59,907 bases of DNA from a virus (Duplodnaviria; Caudoviricetes). Under the pieces are notes generated by a model. It saw only the letters and a program-made list of their open reading frames with translations, was not told the DNA's origin and made no database searches. Shown here piece after piece: positions 47,881 to 56,541 of the stretch (position 1 is its first letter; each line of letters begins with the position of its first letter). Position numbers and translations under genes: made by a program. Where the stretch lies: IMG/VR virus record IMGVR_UViG_3300003086_000042, positions 1-59,907 of that record. One strand, written 5' to 3'.

Positions 47881-47971
47881 GCACCACTAAAAAAGTCGTT
47901 GCTCCACTACTCCCTCCGGCGCCTATAGAGCACTTAAAAAAGTCGTTACTCTACTACTTGCCTGCCGGCGC
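47881..47971 (+). repeat. About 42-nt direct repeat x2 (third copy about 47271-47313)
   Basis: GCAC..AAAAAAGTCGTT.CTC.ACTACT.....CCGGCGC. Confidence 0.85.
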
Positions 47972-48027
47972 AGGGGCGCTGAACATATGGTTCAATATTG
48001 CCCCTATTATTTGTGTGGGAAAAAGCC

Positions 48028-48055
48028 TTGACAAAGTGGTGTAATAGTGTATAAT
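48028..48055 (+). promoter_or_regulatory. ORF-less plus-strand promoter
   Basis: TTGACA-16-TATAAT. Confidence 0.75.
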
Positions 48056-48098
48056 ATGTGGTATGGTGGGAGATCCGACCAAGTGGCCGCCGGCGCAG

Positions 48099-48123
48099 CC
48101 AAATGAGAATCATTCTCATTTGG
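48099..48123. promoter_or_regulatory. Perfect 12-1-12 palindrome, Fur-box-like
   Basis: CCAAATGAGAAT-C-ATTCTCATTTGG. Confidence 0.7.
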
Positions 48124-48129
48124 AGGTTT

Positions 48130-48150
48130 GGGGCATATTGCCCCTTTTAT
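48130..48150. terminator. Terminator-like hairpin
   Basis: GGGGCA-TAT-TGCCCC-TTTTAT. Confidence 0.7.
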
Positions 48151-48468
48151 TTAAAGGTTATTAAACAGAAATTCCAAATCGCTCTTGGTGGCTTTCACCA
48201 AGGAGGATATTGAGCTGAAATTCATAGATTGTTTTTCGGCAATCTTTTTAACCAAATCTTCTTTGGTGATAACAGGCAACCCCGATTTCGTTGTACGTTC
48301 CTTTTTCTGGTAAACGCCCTCTCTGGACAATTTAGCAATTAAAGACCTAGAAGATTTACCCGTACTATCAGCAAGGTCATTAACCGTTACCATTGTAGGA
48401 TTTGCTGAATATTCCGCGATGATTTTAGCAGTTAATTCTTTAGAGTAGTTTTTATTTTTATCAGTCAT
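48151..48468 (-). CDS. A2-like DNA-binding protein, paralogue 4
   Basis: KNYS, Y.ANPTM.TVNDLA..TGKS.RSLIAKLSREGVY, TTKSG. Confidence 0.78.
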   Translation of the reverse strand: MTDKNKNYSKELTAKIIAEYSANPTMVTVNDLADSTGKSSRSLIAKLSREGVYQKKERTTKSGLPVITKEDLVKKIAEKQSMNFSSISSLVKATKSDLEFLFNNL

Positions 48469-48516
48469 ATTGACCTCCCTTATTAGGTTAAGATTATTCT
48501 CAACCTTTATGTATAC

Positions 48517-48544
48517 ATTATATCATATTATATGAGTATGTCAA
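48517..48544 (-). promoter_or_regulatory. sigma70 promoter
   Basis: TTGACA-16-TATAAT. Confidence 0.78.
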
Positions 48545-48580
48545 GCCTTTTTACCCCCTTTCTTTATGTGGGTATATGTA

Positions 48581-48615
48581 TTGACATTGTGTGCGTGGTA
48601 GTGTATAATTGGCGC
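48581..48615 (+). promoter_or_regulatory. ORF-less promoter with GC-rich discriminator
   Basis: TTGACA-17-TATAAT-TGGCGC. Confidence 0.8.
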
Positions 48616-48619
48616 CGCA

Positions 48620-48638
48620 AATGAGAATCATTCTCATT
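48620..48638. promoter_or_regulatory. 9-1-9 palindrome, Fur-box-like (second copy)
   Basis: AATGAGAAT-C-ATTCTCATT. Confidence 0.7.
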
Positions 48639-48650
48639 CGCATCGGGCGT

Positions 48651-49325
48651 CTAGGCTTTCGCCTGAGCCAATCTCCAAGGGCTACCGAATGGTTGGTTCA
48701 AAGGTTTCTTTACCCTTCTTTTTAGTAAGGTCTTTGCGATGTCTGCTTCGATATAACAATCATCAAGGGCAGTGTGGCTTTCTACAAAGTTAGGCAAATT
48801 GTGTAGATAAGAAAAAGAAACTTCGGCTGATGTTTTTACATTACCTGCTTTAGTTATCATGCCATTAGCAGTAGCATATTTATGATATTTCTTTTTACTC
48901 AATAATGATTGGCATGACCATAACCACAAATCCAGTGTGTCTTTAGTTTCTTCTAAAAAAGTATCATGCTTAGAGTATTTCTTTTGTGTTGCTTTAATCG
49001 CTCTCGTATCAAAGCCAAGATTATATGCTGATACAATTTCGACATTATGCTCTTTAAATAAAGCATTGACATCACCTCGAATAGTATCCCAAGGTCGTAT
49101 TCTCATGCTATCCATTAGCATAGAGTAATAACATTCAATCTTTTTAGAATAGTAAGCAGTTGCCATATGTTTAGGAATAAATACCTCTTTTACAAGACTT
49201 TCATATTCTGCTACAATCTCGCCTTTTTGTGTCATAATGACAACACCAAAATCATATATTTTCAAATCGCCAAATCCACCTGCTGTTTCTGTATCAATAA
49301 TTGCTATGTTTTTTATCTTTCCCAT
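48651..49325 (-). CDS. DEDDh (DnaQ-like) 3'-5' exonuclease
   Basis: IIDTET, AYNLGFD, HTALDD. Confidence 0.88.
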   Translation of the reverse strand: MGKIKNIAIIDTETAGGFGDLKIYDFGVVIMTQKGEIVAEYESLVKEVFIPKHMATAYYSKKIECYYSMLMDSMRIRPWDTIRGDVNALFKEHNVEIVSAYNLGFDTRAIKATQKKYSKHDTFLEETKDTLDLWLWSCQSLLSKKKYHKYATANGMITKAGNVKTSAEVSFSYLHNLPNFVESHTALDDCYIEADIAKTLLKRRVKKPLNQPFGSPWRLAQAKA

Positions 49326-49359
49326 TTTTTATCCTCTTTTTGTTGTTGTGTAAGTATAT

Positions 49360-49387
49360 ATTATAACAGGCTTTCGCCCTTTGTCAA
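49360..49387 (-). promoter_or_regulatory. sigma70 promoter
   Basis: TTGACA-16-TATAAT. Confidence 0.78.
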
Positions 49388-49391
49388 GTCT

Positions 49392-49643
49392 TTATAGCAT
49401 AATAGTTGCTAATAAAATTCCGTTTCCAACCAAGCCGACAACATTACCAACTGTATATAATGTGTCATTAGTTGCTATTGACCTTACTAAGTATAGGGTT
49501 AATCCTATCATAGTTAAAAGTATAGTTCCCATTGGAGTAGTTTCGCCATTCTCAAGAGATGACATAATCGCTGGAACGGAATTAAATTGTAAGCAACCTA
49601 ATCCAACCCAACCCATAATTTCTGCTGTTTTCTTGTTTAACAT
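49392..49643 (-). CDS. 3-TM PQ-loop/SemiSWEET-like membrane protein
   Basis: GW.G.......VP.I, GL.LY..R.I...D.LY...N pattern. Confidence 0.55.
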   Translation of the reverse strand: MLNKKTAEIMGWVGLGCLQFNSVPAIMSSLENGETTPMGTILLTMIGLTLYLVRSIATNDTLYTVGNVVGLVGNGILLATIML

Positions 49644-49694
49644 TAGTATTTCCTTATATAGTAGAAAGAAGTATTTCTTTCTTTGTATGTGTCT

Positions 49695-49722
49695 ATTATA
49701 TCAGATTAATTCATCGTGTCAA
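49695..49722 (-). promoter_or_regulatory. sigma70 promoter
   Basis: TTGACA-16-TATAAT. Confidence 0.78.
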
Positions 49723-49788
49723 GTATATATCGTGTTTATTTCGTAAATAAATGCTATTAATCCCCCTTAATAATTGTGGGTATTTTCC

Positions 49789-49823
49789 TTGACATTGTGT
49801 GCCTTGTATGGTAAAATCGGCGC
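49789..49823 (+). promoter_or_regulatory. ORF-less promoter with GC-rich discriminator
   Basis: TTGACA-17-TAAAAT-CGGCGC. Confidence 0.78.
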
Positions 49824-49885
49824 AGACCTATATAAGTATATTATAATGTTCTAATATGCCCGCGGTGCGGTTTTGTGTGGGCGAT

Positions 49886-49906
49886 AAAAAACCCCTTTCG
49901 GGGTTT
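49886..49906. terminator. Terminator, probably bidirectional
   Basis: AAAAAACCCC-TTTC-GGGGTTT. Confidence 0.8.
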
Positions 49907-49918
49907 GGGTTTATCTCC

Positions 49919-50242
49919 CTATGTAATTGCAGTTAAAAGTGTTTGTAAGGCATATTTAGAAGCCTTAGTAAGCGAGGAGATTGAAGCCTCATCTACATCA
50001 GCCTTTGCTGATATTAGTTTAACAATATCAGCCTTAGTCTGAACAACAGCACCAGATTTTGTAGTGCGTGCCTTCTTTTTATATACGCCTTCCTTAGATA
50101 GTTTAGCGATTAAAGAGCGAACAGTCTTACCCGTAGTTTCAGCAAGGTCATTAACCGTTGCCATAGTTGGGTTAGCAGTATAGTCCGCAATGATTAGTTT
50201 AACCATTTCATCAGAGTAGTTCTTAGTAGTAGTAGTAGCCAT
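49919..50242 (-). CDS. A2-like DNA-binding protein, paralogue 5
   Basis: KNYS, YTANPTMATVNDLAETTGKTVRSLIAKLSKEGVY, TTKSG. Confidence 0.78.
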   Translation of the reverse strand: MATTTTKNYSDEMVKLIIADYTANPTMATVNDLAETTGKTVRSLIAKLSKEGVYKKKARTTKSGAVVQTKADIVKLISAKADVDEASISSLTKASKYALQTLLTAIT

Positions 50243-50299
50243 ATTATGGTATCCTTATATAGTTATGGGTTTTGCGATATTGCTCAACCTCTAAAGACC

Positions 50300-50327
50300 A
50301 TTATACAGAAGCCTCAGAATAAGTCAA
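50300..50327 (-). promoter_or_regulatory. sigma70 promoter
   Basis: TTGACT-16-TATAAT. Confidence 0.75.
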
Positions 50328-50505
50328 GCCTTTTATCACATTTAATTTAACTATTAGTATATCATAATATTATAATATAGGATAGGGGGCTAAGTAGACT
50401 TGCTGAAGTGCCTATCGCCCAGCGCCCCCCTCCATGTACTACTTACAAGAAAACCAAAAACGACTAACGGCGTATAGCAAAAAATAGCGATGCATAAAAT
50501 AACTC

Positions 50506-50534
50506 TTGACAATTTCCCCAAAACTGGGTATAAT
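50506..50534 (+). promoter_or_regulatory. sigma70 promoter at start of late arm
   Basis: TTGACA-17-TATAAT. Confidence 0.85.
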
Positions 50535-50546
50535 ATAGAATATACA

Positions 50547-50616
50547 AAATTGAAAAACCAATATTGAAAATCCAATATTGTAAATTGAAAAACCAATATT
50601 GAAAATCCAATATTGT
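50547..50616. repeat. 35-bp tandem duplication containing four CAATATTG palindromes
   Basis: AAATTGAAAAACCAATATTGAAAATCCAATATTGT x2. Confidence 0.9.
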
Positions 50617-50629
50617 AAAAAGGAGATAT

Positions 50630-50893
50630 ATGGCACTAAACTTTGATGAAGCTACGGAAACTGTGGTAAGGAAGAAAAATACCTGGAGTTCCGCAGAGCA
50701 GGCATATTTGAAGGACCGGGCATCTCATGGCATCGGTATTGGCACACTGGCCAAGATACTAGGACGTACCGAAGGTTCCGTGAGAGGAAAATGGTATCAA
50801 ATTGCAGAAAAGTCGGTAGGGATGGAAGAAATTCAAAGAGAGTATGACAGACTTGTCGCTGCAGAAAGACTACCTCTAGAAGTTGATTACTAA
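50630..50893 (+). CDS. Myb/GcrA-like HTH protein
   Basis: WSSAE..YL......G......AKILGRTEGSVRGKW. Confidence 0.75.
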   Translation: MALNFDEATETVVRKKNTWSSAEQAYLKDRASHGIGIGTLAKILGRTEGSVRGKWYQIAEKSVGMEEIQREYDRLVAAERLPLEVDY

Positions 50894-50912
50894 CCCCTAT
50901 CAAAAAAATTTC

Positions 50913-50941
50913 TTGACTTTTTGGTCAAAAGTGCGTATAAT
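50913..50941 (+). promoter_or_regulatory. sigma70 promoter
   Basis: TTGACT-17-TATAAT. Confidence 0.8.
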
Positions 50942-50966
50942 GGATTAATAACATGGAGAAAGAAAT

Positions 50967-51425
50967 ATGCAAGAAACAAAGTTAGTTGCGATCTCTCCTG
51001 AAGCACTTGAGGTTGCAAACTGTTACTTACAAACTACTTCAGTAGATGATACTGCCAGCCGTTTAGGTATAGAAAAACAAGCCGTGACACAGTATTTACA
51101 AAAACGTGAGGTGAAAACCTATATTGACAACGTCTACATGGATATTGGGTATAGAAACAGGTTCACTTTAGCCTCAGCTCTTGACAAGGTCATAGAAGCG
51201 AAGCTAGAGGAAATGGATGAAACTGAAATGGGTTCCAATAAAGATATTGCGGACCTACTTGCTTTAGCGCACAAAATGCGTATGGACGAAGTAAAATGCG
51301 ACATAGACTCTAGGAAAGCTGAAGCAACACAAATACGAAACCAAACTAATGTACAGATAAATGATTCTGGGTTTGGTAAAGGCAATTACGGTAGCTTAAT
51401 GAAAAAGCTACTTACATCAGAATGA
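50967..51425 (+). CDS. Terminase small subunit (T5-like)
   Basis: SPE.LEV...YLQ, EVK.YID......GYRNR, KLEE..ET.MGS..DI, AHKM.M.E, NQTNVQ, NY..L. Confidence 0.85.
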   Translation: MQETKLVAISPEALEVANCYLQTTSVDDTASRLGIEKQAVTQYLQKREVKTYIDNVYMDIGYRNRFTLASALDKVIEAKLEEMDETEMGSNKDIADLLALAHKMRMDEVKCDIDSRKAEATQIRNQTNVQINDSGFGKGNYGSLMKKLLTSE

Positions 51426-51622
51426 GCGACGCGAATCATATGTTGGAAGATGAGTGGCTTCCAGGAATGTACAACAAGTGTTTAGAAGCACTTGATGATT
51501 TCGCTGAAATTGATGATTTAACAGAAGAAGAAATAGGGATTCAAAATTTATGTTCGACAGTAGTTTATTTATACAATAAGTGCTCGGACTTAGGTGTTCC
51601 TGCTGGTGAAACGGTTCACTAG
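51422..51622 (+). CDS. Hypothetical protein
   Basis: ATGA coupling to terS. Confidence 0.55.
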   Translation: MSDANHMLEDEWLPGMYNKCLEALDDFAEIDDLTEEEIGIQNLCSTVVYLYNKCSDLGVPAGETVH

Positions 51623-51623
51623 A

Positions 51624-52055
51624 ATGTTTGGAATACCAACAGAAATAATTAGTATGGGAGCATCCACTCTTTTAGGAGCGTGGATAAAGATAAAAAGTCA
51701 GAAGTCTGCTGATAGAGCGGCTCAACACTTGCAACTAATCAATCGTCACTCCACTATAGAACAAGGAGTGCAGAACGCTAGACAAGATCAATCTTGGGGT
51801 ACAGTTGCCACAAGAAGATTTATTGTGCTTTGTCTAATGACAATGGCGTTTGTAATATTAGCTGCACCATTCTTTGATATACCCACTAATGTTTTAGTCG
51901 AAAATCAATACGGCGTAGACGTGTTTATATTCGACCTTACTTTTAAAGTAAAAGAATATGTAACTTTAAATGGTATGGTAGCCCCAGATTGGTTATCCTA
52001 TGCAATACTAAATGTAATAGGATTCTATTTTGGAGCTTCCGTAGCTAAACGATAA
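51624..52055 (+). CDS. Holin-like membrane protein
   Basis: TM helices, TRR.I, IGFYFG C-terminal motif. Confidence 0.6.
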   Translation: MFGIPTEIISMGASTLLGAWIKIKSQKSADRAAQHLQLINRHSTIEQGVQNARQDQSWGTVATRRFIVLCLMTMAFVILAAPFFDIPTNVLVENQYGVDVFIFDLTFKVKEYVTLNGMVAPDWLSYAILNVIGFYFGASVAKR

Positions 52056-52065
52056 GGATTTTATC

Positions 52066-52305
52066 ATGCCAATGGATTCAGCAGATAAAGAGAGATTAAT
52101 TCGGCTAGAGGAGAGAGTAAAAAGTATCCTCAACGATTTAAAGAGAATAGCGAGAAAGTTAGATAGAGTAGCAGAAGATATACAAGAAGCAGAGATGCTA
52201 GCCAGAAAAAACTCACTCACAGTATCAATGGGAGAAAAAGTTATATGGTTAGTCGCTTCAGGTGGTATCGGTGTACTACTTTGGTTTTTGGAGAGAAGCG
52301 TGTGA
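52066..52305 (+). CDS. XhlA-like coiled-coil plus TM protein (lysis-associated)
   Basis: ERLIRLEE coiled coil and C-terminal TM. Confidence 0.55.
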   Translation: MPMDSADKERLIRLEERVKSILNDLKRIARKLDRVAEDIQEAEMLARKNSLTVSMGEKVIWLVASGGIGVLLWFLERSV

Positions 52306-52619
52306 GTTTAATAGAAGTGATAATGTTAGTATCCTTGATAGCTACAACAGCGCCATACGTTGCCCTACTTTGGGTGATAAGGCATTATAATAGGTATAGT
52401 TACGGGATAATGGCAATTGCAATAACCATAGCAGCGATAGCAACTTGGAACAGTTTATGGACCGGGTGGGCTGGAGATAATCTGGCAATATTGGCAGGAC
52501 GACCACATTTAGCAACGCATAAAGTATGGTACGATGTACTAGTAATCTTTATGTCAGTAATGATAATAAAGTGCGGCATATCAGTTAGATATATTAAATC
52601 TAAGGTATGTGACACATAA
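52302..52619 (+). CDS. Membrane protein
   Basis: GTGA coupling; three hydrophobic helices. Confidence 0.55.
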   Translation: MSLIEVIMLVSLIATTAPYVALLWVIRHYNRYSYGIMAIAITIAAIATWNSLWTGWAGDNLAILAGRPHLATHKVWYDVLVIFMSVMIIKCGISVRYIKSKVCDT

Positions 52620-52694
52620 TTTGGCGGTAGAAGTATTGGAGCGGTAGATTAAGTTCAAAGCACTCTATTTCTAAGTCTCTATAACGGAGATAGA

Positions 52695-53999
52695 ATGGCA
52701 GAAATATATAATACGCCTAATTTAGACGAATTAGAAAATGGGCCCTGGCCCTCATTTGTAACAGGAATGAAACGTTTAGCATCTAGTGACCACGATGGTG
52801 CTCCGATGGTAAGAGACGTTTTAGCAACATTAGAGACATCGTACGTAACCAAGAAGGGTTACTGGAAAGGTGGCACAGTAGGTGTTATCGGATATGGTGG
52901 TGGAGTTATCCCTCGCTTTAATGAACTGAAAGATGAAAACGGTGACTACAAATTTAAAGATGCGGGTGAGTTCCATACCTTAAGAATTCAACCGCCAGCA
53001 GGTATGCACTATACTTCGGACCTGTTAAGAAGCTTATGTGATACATTCACAGATAACGGTGGTTCTGGCTTAATTGCCTTCCATGGTCAGTCTGGTGACA
53101 TTATGTTTCAAGGTGCTACTGAAGATACAACACAAACAATTTTTAACGAATTGAATGACATTGGTTTTGATATGGGTGGAGCAGGTCCGGCAGTACGTAC
53201 AGGGATGTCCTGTGTTGGTGCAGCTCGTTGTGAGATGTCAAACACAAATGAGCAAGCTGCTCTACGTACATTAGTCAATGCATTTCTAGACGATATGCAC
53301 AGACCGGCATTACCTTACAAAATGAAGTTTAAGGTATCAGGATGTGCAAATGATTGTATGAACTCTATTGAACGTTCAGACTTTGCAACAATAGGTACTT
53401 GGAGAGACGATATTAAAATCAACCAAGACTTGTGGAAAGCAATGGTTGCAGATAAAGGCTTGGACTATGTTCATGACAATATCACTAGTCGTTGCCCTAC
53501 ACAAGCTATGACACTAAATGAGGATACGTCATTAACGATTGATAATAGGAACTGTGTTAAATGTATGCATTGTTTAAATGTAACGTCTCCTTTAACACAT
53601 AAATACATTACAAAAGATATGCCTACAGAAGCTATCTTAGCAACTGGTGACGATAAAGGCGTAACTATCTGTATGGGTGGTAAAAGAACCCTTAAGATTG
53701 GTGATCTATTCGGTACAGTAGTTGTTCCATTTATGAAACTAGAAACACCGGAAGATTACGAGGCAATTGAAGAGTTAGCTAGTGAAGTAATTGACTTCTT
53801 CGCTGAGAATGCACTAGAACACGAAAGAACTGGTGAAATGATCGAACGTATAGGTATTGTGAACTTTATGGAAGGTATTGGCTTAAACGTTGATCCTAAC
53901 ATGATTGGTAGTCCTAGATATATGTCTTATGTAAGAATGGACAAGTGGGATGAAGAAGCAGTTGCTTGGTTCGAGAACAAAGCGGAGAAAGTAGCATGA
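52695..53999 (+). CDS. dsrA: Dissimilatory sulfite reductase alpha subunit, reverse (oxidative) type
   Basis: TP.LDELE.GPWPSFV, GYWKGG...V.GYGGGVIPRF, siroheme-FeS CVGAARC and CANDC, CVKCMHC, HER.GE.IER.G. Confidence 0.97.
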   Translation: MAEIYNTPNLDELENGPWPSFVTGMKRLASSDHDGAPMVRDVLATLETSYVTKKGYWKGGTVGVIGYGGGVIPRFNELKDENGDYKFKDAGEFHTLRIQPPAGMHYTSDLLRSLCDTFTDNGGSGLIAFHGQSGDIMFQGATEDTTQTIFNELNDIGFDMGGAGPAVRTGMSCVGAARCEMSNTNEQAALRTLVNAFLDDMHRPALPYKMKFKVSGCANDCMNSIERSDFATIGTWRDDIKINQDLWKAMVADKGLDYVHDNITSRCPTQAMTLNEDTSLTIDNRNCVKCMHCLNVTSPLTHKYITKDMPTEAILATGDDKGVTICMGGKRTLKIGDLFGTVVVPFMKLETPEDYEAIEELASEVIDFFAENALEHERTGEMIERIGIVNFMEGIGLNVDPNMIGSPRYMSYVRMDKWDEEAVAWFENKAEKVA

Positions 54000-54133
54000 T
54001 ATCACCAATATATAAAGTATTAATGGTGCTAACTTTCATAACACTACTAGCGGTTACACATAACGTAACTTTAGGATTGTTTGGAGTTGCACCTATGGGT
54101 CCTTACCATAATAATCAAGCCGAGGTTGAGTAA
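53996..54133 (+). CDS. 45-aa single-TM protein between dsrA and dsrC
   Basis: MISPIYKVLMVLTFITLLAVTHNVTLGLFGVAPMGPYHNNQAEVE; ATGA and TAATG overlaps at the two ends. Confidence 0.6.
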   Translation: MISPIYKVLMVLTFITLLAVTHNVTLGLFGVAPMGPYHNNQAEVE

Positions 54134-54456
54134 TGGCTGAAATACATGGAGCACCAGTAGATGAAGAAGGTTTCTTAGTAAATCTTGGTGACTGGACAGA
54201 AGAAATAGCGTACAGTATGGCATCTGATGATGACATAGTTTTAACAGAGGAGCATTGGGATGTATTAAACTTCCTACGCAATTACTATGATGAATATCAA
54301 GTAGCACCTGCTGTTAGGGTACTAACTAAACAAATCAAGAAAACTATGGGTAAAGATAAAGGTAACTCTAAATATCTTTATTCATTATTTCCTTATGGTC
54401 CTGGCAAACAAGGTTGTAGGTTTGCGGGACTTCCTAAACCAACGGGGTGCATATAA
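54133..54456 (+). CDS. dsrC: DsrC with both conserved cysteines
   Basis: DEEGFL, PAVRVL, LFPYGPGKQGCRFAGLPKPTGCI. Confidence 0.96.
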   Translation: MAEIHGAPVDEEGFLVNLGDWTEEIAYSMASDDDIVLTEEHWDVLNFLRNYYDEYQVAPAVRVLTKQIKKTMGKDKGNSKYLYSLFPYGPGKQGCRFAGLPKPTGCI

Positions 54457-54513
54457 TGGAAGAGAATTATATGCCGAACTTTGAATGGCACAAGAATACT
54501 AACTGGAGATAGA

Positions 54514-54735
54514 ATGGCAAAGACCTTAGACGCTAGTGGATTAAATTGTCCGCTTCCGATTTTGAAAACCAAGAAAGCACTAAATAAAATGGACTCAGGA
54601 GAGATACTAGAAGTTATTTCAACTGACGCAGGCTCAGTAAAAGATATTGAAGCCTTTTGTAGACAAACCGGGAATATACTAATGGGTACAGAAGAACTCA
54701 GCGGTAAGTATATTTTCACAATAGAAAGAGTATAA
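54514..54735 (+). CDS. tusA: Sulfur carrier TusA/SirA
   Basis: LDASGLNCPLPIL, STD.GS..D..AFC..TGN. Confidence 0.93.
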   Translation: MAKTLDASGLNCPLPILKTKKALNKMDSGEILEVISTDAGSVKDIEAFCRQTGNILMGTEELSGKYIFTIERV

Positions 54736-54736
54736 G

Positions 54737-55675
<939 letters not shown>

Positions 55676-55676
<1 letters not shown>

Positions 55677-56020
55677 TGGATATGAAAGATATGTATGTAC
55701 TAGAAAGAATTCAAGAACAAGTCGATAGCGCAGCAATTGTACTCTATATGAAGGGTACCCCACAGTTTCCACAATGTGGTTTCTCGGCTACCGCAGCAAA
55801 AACATTAGGAGCAACAGGAATAGGATTTTCATTTGTTAATATTTTTGAAGATCAGGAGGTTTTCCAGAATTTACCCAAATTTGCAGATTGGCCTACTTTC
55901 CCACAGATTTACTTTAATTCAGAGTTAATGGGTGGTGGAGACATTATTGTAGATATGGCTGAGATGGGAACATTGCAAGCCGCTATGGAAGAGGCAGTAG
56001 ATAAGTTCGAAAACAAGTAA
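55676..56020 (+). CDS. grxD: Monothiol glutaredoxin Grx4
   Basis: LYMKGTP.FPQCGFS, WPTFPQ, GGGDI. Confidence 0.93.
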
Positions 56021-56021
56021 C

Positions 56022-56342
56022 ATGATAACAATAACCGAATTAGCTGCAGTTAAAGCTAAAGAATTCCTGGACAATAGAGGCTCAGGATGCGGCTTAAGAA
56101 TAAAGATAACTACAACAGGATGTTCGGGTTATGCATATAATCTAGAGTTTGTGGATACTTTAAACGAAGATGATAATGAGTATTTCTCAAATGATGTTCG
56201 TTTAGTAGTTGATGCTAAATCATTAACCTTCGTTGATGGTACTGAAGTAGATTATGTCTTTGAGGGGTTAAATGAAGGATTTGAGTTCAATAACCCACTA
56301 ACTAAAGCAAAGTGTGGATGTGGTGAAAGTTTTACAGTGTAG
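56022..56342 (+). CDS. iscA: Fe-S carrier IscA
   Basis: TTGCSGYAY.LEFVD, EGLNEGF.F.NP, CGCGESF. Confidence 0.93.
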   Translation: MITITELAAVKAKEFLDNRGSGCGLRIKITTTGCSGYAYNLEFVDTLNEDDNEYFSNDVRLVVDAKSLTFVDGTEVDYVFEGLNEGFEFNNPLTKAKCGCGESFTV

Positions 56343-56348
56343 GATAGA

Positions 56349-56474
56349 ATGGATTTAAGATTTATAACAGCAGAGTTATTAAATGATATTAGTTGGTTTG
56401 ATGGTATCATGTATATAATACTAGGCATTGGTATATATGCTATAATAAAGTATATCAATACTAAAATTAATTAA
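56349..56474 (+). CDS. 41-aa TM protein
   Basis: MDLRFITAELLNDISWFDGIMYIILGIGIYAIIKYINTKIN; AGGA RBS. Confidence 0.5.
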   Translation: MDLRFITAELLNDISWFDGIMYIILGIGIYAIIKYINTKIN

Positions 56475-56541
56475 GACCCAACGGCGGGTCGAAAGGTAAG
56501 ACAACGATGTCCTTTTAAAATAAAAAAAGGAGAACAACAAT

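Noticed and set aside
47271-47971. Possible CRISPR mini-array
   Set aside because: Degenerate repeats, a 7-nt gap between adjacent copies, no regular spacers and no cas genes
50390-50636. Minus-strand ORFs 50390..50596 and 50439..50636
   Set aside because: By-products of the tandem repeat and promoter region
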